Origin: Solibacteraceae bacterium
GTDB taxonomy: Bacteria > Acidobacteriota > Terriglobia > Bryobacterales > Bryobacteraceae
Direction of reading: 5' to 3'
DNA: 64,000 nt
Assembly (NCBI GenBank): GCA_037444625.1
Contig: JBBIMA010000018.1
Span: 1 to 64,000 of the forward strand
Shown here: positions 61,885 to 64,000 of the stretch, in pieces
Numbering within the stretch: the first letter of the stretch is position 1
Layout: each line of letters starts with the position of its first letter
Notes under the pieces: generated by a model
What the model was told of the DNA's origin: nothing
Seen by the model: only the letters and a program-made list of their open reading frames with translations
Database searches by the model: none
Made by a program: the position numbers and the translations under genes

Positions 61885-62544
61885 GTGGACGCCTCGATCG
61901 CGCGCCTCATAGACCACACCCTGCTCAAGCCGGAGGCCACCCGGGACGACATCCGGCGCCTGTGCGCCGAGGCCCGCCGCTACGGCTTCGCCAGCGTCTG
62001 CGTCAATCCCTACTGGACCGCTCTGGCCGCCCGGGAACTGGCCGGCTCGCCGGTGAAGGTCTGCGCGGTGGCGGGCTTCCCCCTGGGGGCAAGCCTGGCC
62101 TCGATCAAGAAGGCCGAGGCGGAAGCCGCTCTGCAGGACGGCGCCCGCGAAATTGACATGGTCATGAACATCGGAGCCTTGCGGTCGGGCGAGCTGGAGG
62201 TGGTCGAGCAGGAGATCCGCCTGGCGGCCGATGCCTGCCATCGCCGGGGCGCGATCCTGAAGGTCATCCTGGAGACCGGCCTGCTGGAGGACGGCCAGAA
62301 GGCGGCGGCCTGCGTGCTGGCCAAGCTGGCGGGGGCCGATTTCGTGAAGACCTCCACGGGCTTCGGTCCTTCCGGCGCCACGGTGCGCGACGTAGCCCTG
62401 ATGCGTCTGGTGGTCGGCCCCGGAATGGGGGTGAAAGCGGCCGGCGGGATACGCACGCGGCAGGATCTGGAACGGATGGTGGCGGCCGGTGCCACGCGCA
62501 TCGGGGCCAGCGCCGGCGTGCGCATTCTGGAAGGGACGGCCTGA
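61885..62544 (+). CDS. deoC: deoxyribose-phosphate aldolase
   Basis: Start placed at an in-frame GTG ([17 protein letters not shown]). Strong alignment to DeoC ([22 protein letters not shown], Schiff-base Lys). The upstream 116 codons of the listed ORF are probably non-coding. Confidence 0.85.
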   Translation: MDASIARLIDHTLLKPEATRDDIRRLCAEARRYGFASVCVNPYWTALAARELAGSPVKVCAVAGFPLGASLASIKKAEAEAALQDGAREIDMVMNIGALRSGELEVVEQEIRLAADACHRRGAILKVILETGLLEDGQKAAACVLAKLAGADFVKTSTGFGPSGATVRDVALMRLVVGPGMGVKAAGGIRTRQDLERMVAAGATRIGASAGVRILEGTA

Positions 62545-62550
62545 TCCGAC

Positions 62551-64000
62551 ATGGCGGGACCGGGCGCATCGGCGGTGCGTTTCCGCGAGCGGGCGGAACT
62601 GCTGGACTTCCTGTTGGGCGTGGCGGCCGTCACCTCGGAGACCCTCAACCTGGACAAGCTGATGGCCGACCTGGCGGCCATCATCGCCAAGGTCATTCCT
62701 TACGAGCTGTTCGCCATCCTGCTTTACAGCGAGAGGCTGGGCGCGCTGCGCATCCGTTACGCCATCGGCCATCGCGAGGAGATCGTGCGCAACCTGCTCA
62801 TCGCCCTGGGCGAGGGCATCACGGGCGCGGCCGCCGCCGCCCGGGAGGCGATCCTGGTTCCCGACGTGCGCAAGGACTCGCGTTACCTGAGCGGGCTGGA
62901 CGCGGTGCGCTCGGAGCTGGCCGCACCCATGGTGGCGCGCGGCAAGCTGGTGGGCGTCATTGACATACAGTCCACCCGCCTGAACGCCTACAGCGAATAC
63001 GACCGGGCCCTGCTGAAGCTCATCGCCTCGCGCGCCGCCACCGCCATTGACAACGCCCGCCTTTACCGGCGGGTCGAGCGGCAGAACCGCACCCTGGCGG
63101 TGCTGGCCCGGCTGGCCCGCGACTTCTCGATTTTGGATCTGGAGCGCCTGCTCGGGCGCATCGCTCAGGCGGTCAAGCACCTGATCAACTACGACGCCTT
63201 CAGCATCCTGCTGGTGGACGAGGAGCACGCCTGCCTGCGCCACCGCTTCAGCCTGCGCTACGACCAGCGCGTCGAGCTGGACCAGATCCCGCTGGGCAAA
63301 GGCATCACCGGGGCGGCGGCCGAGCTCGGCCAGGTCGTGCGGGCCGACAACACGCTGGCCGATCCGCGCTACATTCCCTCCCATCCCGACATCCGCTCGG
63401 AAGTGGCCGTGCCCCTGATGGTGCGGGATCGGGTGATCGGCGTGATGGACCTCGAGAGCGAACGCTACGCCTACTTCACCGAAGATCACGTGCGCATGCT
63501 CAGCCTGCTGGCCCCCCAGATCGCCATCGCGGTCGAGAACGCACGCCTTTACGAAGAGCTCAGCCAGCGCAAGCGCCAGATGGAGAGGGACCTGGAGGCG
63601 GCGCGCGATTTGCAATCCGCCCTGCTGTGGCGCAGCGTGCCGGAAATCGAGGGCTTGGAGATCGCCCTGGGCTACCGGCCGGCCCGGCAGATCAGCGGCG
63701 ACCTCTATCACTTCTTCCCCGAGGAAAGCGGCCCGGCGCTGATCGCCCTGGGCGACGTCAGCGGCAAGGGCGTGGCGGCCGCCCTCTACGGGGCGCTGGT
63801 CAACGGCCTGCTAATGATGCTGGCGCCGCGCCGCCCCTCGCCGGCCGCCCTGCTGAAGGCCCTCAACGAGGCCCTGCTCGGCCGGCAGGTGGACGCCCGC
63901 TACGTCTCCCTGCTGGCCTTGCGCTGGCTGCCCGCCGAGCGGCGCCTGGTCTTCGCCAACGCAGGCAACCTGCCGCCCGTGATCTGCCGCGAGGGCCGCC
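62551..64000 (+). CDS. GAF-GAF-PP2C (SpoIIE/RsbU-type) serine phosphatase, 3'-truncated by window end
   Basis: Not in the ORF track because it has no stop in the window. Two GAF domains, then PP2C motifs (DVSGKGVAAALY). Confidence 0.75.
   Translation, partial: MAGPGASAVRFRERAELLDFLLGVAAVTSETLNLDKLMADLAAIIAKVIPYELFAILLYSERLGALRIRYAIGHREEIVRNLLIALGEGITGAAAAAREAILVPDVRKDSRYLSGLDAVRSELAAPMVARGKLVGVIDIQSTRLNAYSEYDRALLKLIASRAATAIDNARLYRRVERQNRTLAVLARLARDFSILDLERLLGRIAQAVKHLINYDAFSILLVDEEHACLRHRFSLRYDQRVELDQIPLGKGITGAAAELGQVVRADNTLADPRYIPSHPDIRSEVAVPLMVRDRVIGVMDLESERYAYFTEDHVRMLSLLAPQIAIAVENARLYEELSQRKRQMERDLEAARDLQSALLWRSVPEIEGLEIALGYRPARQISGDLYHFFPEESGPALIALGDVSGKGVAAALYGALVNGLLMMLAPRRPSPAALLKALNEALLGRQVDARYVSLLALRWLPAERRLVFANAGNLPPVICREGR

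Noticed and set aside
61624-63711. 695-aa ORF antisense to deoC and the GAF-PP2C gene
   Set aside because: Shadow ORF; Arg/Gly/Ala-rich.

Overview
This is a 64 kb window of high-GC (~68%) Gram-negative chromosome. The gene content (TAT-signal Gfo/Idh/MocA oxidoreductases, sulfatase, GH28, a membrane H+-pyrophosphatase, a Tad pilus) would fit Acidobacteriota or a similar soil bacterium, but that is a low-confidence guess. It is almost entirely protein-coding: two tRNAs (Ala-CGC at the left edge, Ser-UGA near 59.8 kb), no rRNA, no CRISPR and no IS element were found.

Layout from left to right:
- 0.1-8.7 kb: housekeeping and sugar-oxidation genes (cysE, nfo, leuS, two TAT-secreted Gfo/Idh/MocA oxidoreductases, a class III aminotransferase).
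- 8.7-20.5 kb: a complete minus-strand Tad/Flp pilus locus. Reading 5'->3' on the minus strand it runs pilZ, a GT-C-like membrane protein, flp, cpaB, cpaC, tadZ, cpaF, tadB, tadC, then a 32-codon membrane peptide, nfeD and flotillin. The divergent side holds a LuxR response regulator, a TonB-C-like protein and a second orphan TadZ/CpaE paralogue.
- 24.6-44.9 kb: metabolic genes, an aconitase, and an apparent carbohydrate-utilisation cluster (SSF symporter, a 922-aa secreted protein, HNH nuclease, sulfatase, GH28, a porin gene interrupted by one in-frame TAG).
- 44.9-46.8 kb: an overlapping gene pair, a 449-aa HExxH protein and a small secreted protein.
- 48-58 kb: tatA, hupB, two tandem intact recA genes, a VWA protein, a sigma54 activator whose PAS domain carries 4 Cys, then the conserved mnmE-jag-yidC-yidD-rnpA-rpmH block with no dnaA next to it.
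- 59.8-61.5 kb: a ~1.5 kb low-GC insertion at the 3' end of tRNA-Ser that carries an Mrr-type restriction endonuclease and is bounded by a 57-nt direct repeat of the tRNA 3' half. deoC and a partial GAF-GAF-PP2C phosphatase follow it.

The most unusual structure is the Tad locus. It has a polytopic putative glycosyltransferase abutting a Ser/Gly-tailed Flp pilin, a PilZ protein, a flotillin/NfeD pair attached downstream, and no prepilin peptidase gene in the window.

Caveat on coordinates: in several places my hand translation of the printed sequence is offset 1-2 nt from the ORF track. CDS coordinates therefore follow the ORF track, with starts adjusted in-frame. Features I located myself (tRNAs, the small peptide, rpmH, tatA, repeats, hairpins) may be off by 1-3 nt.
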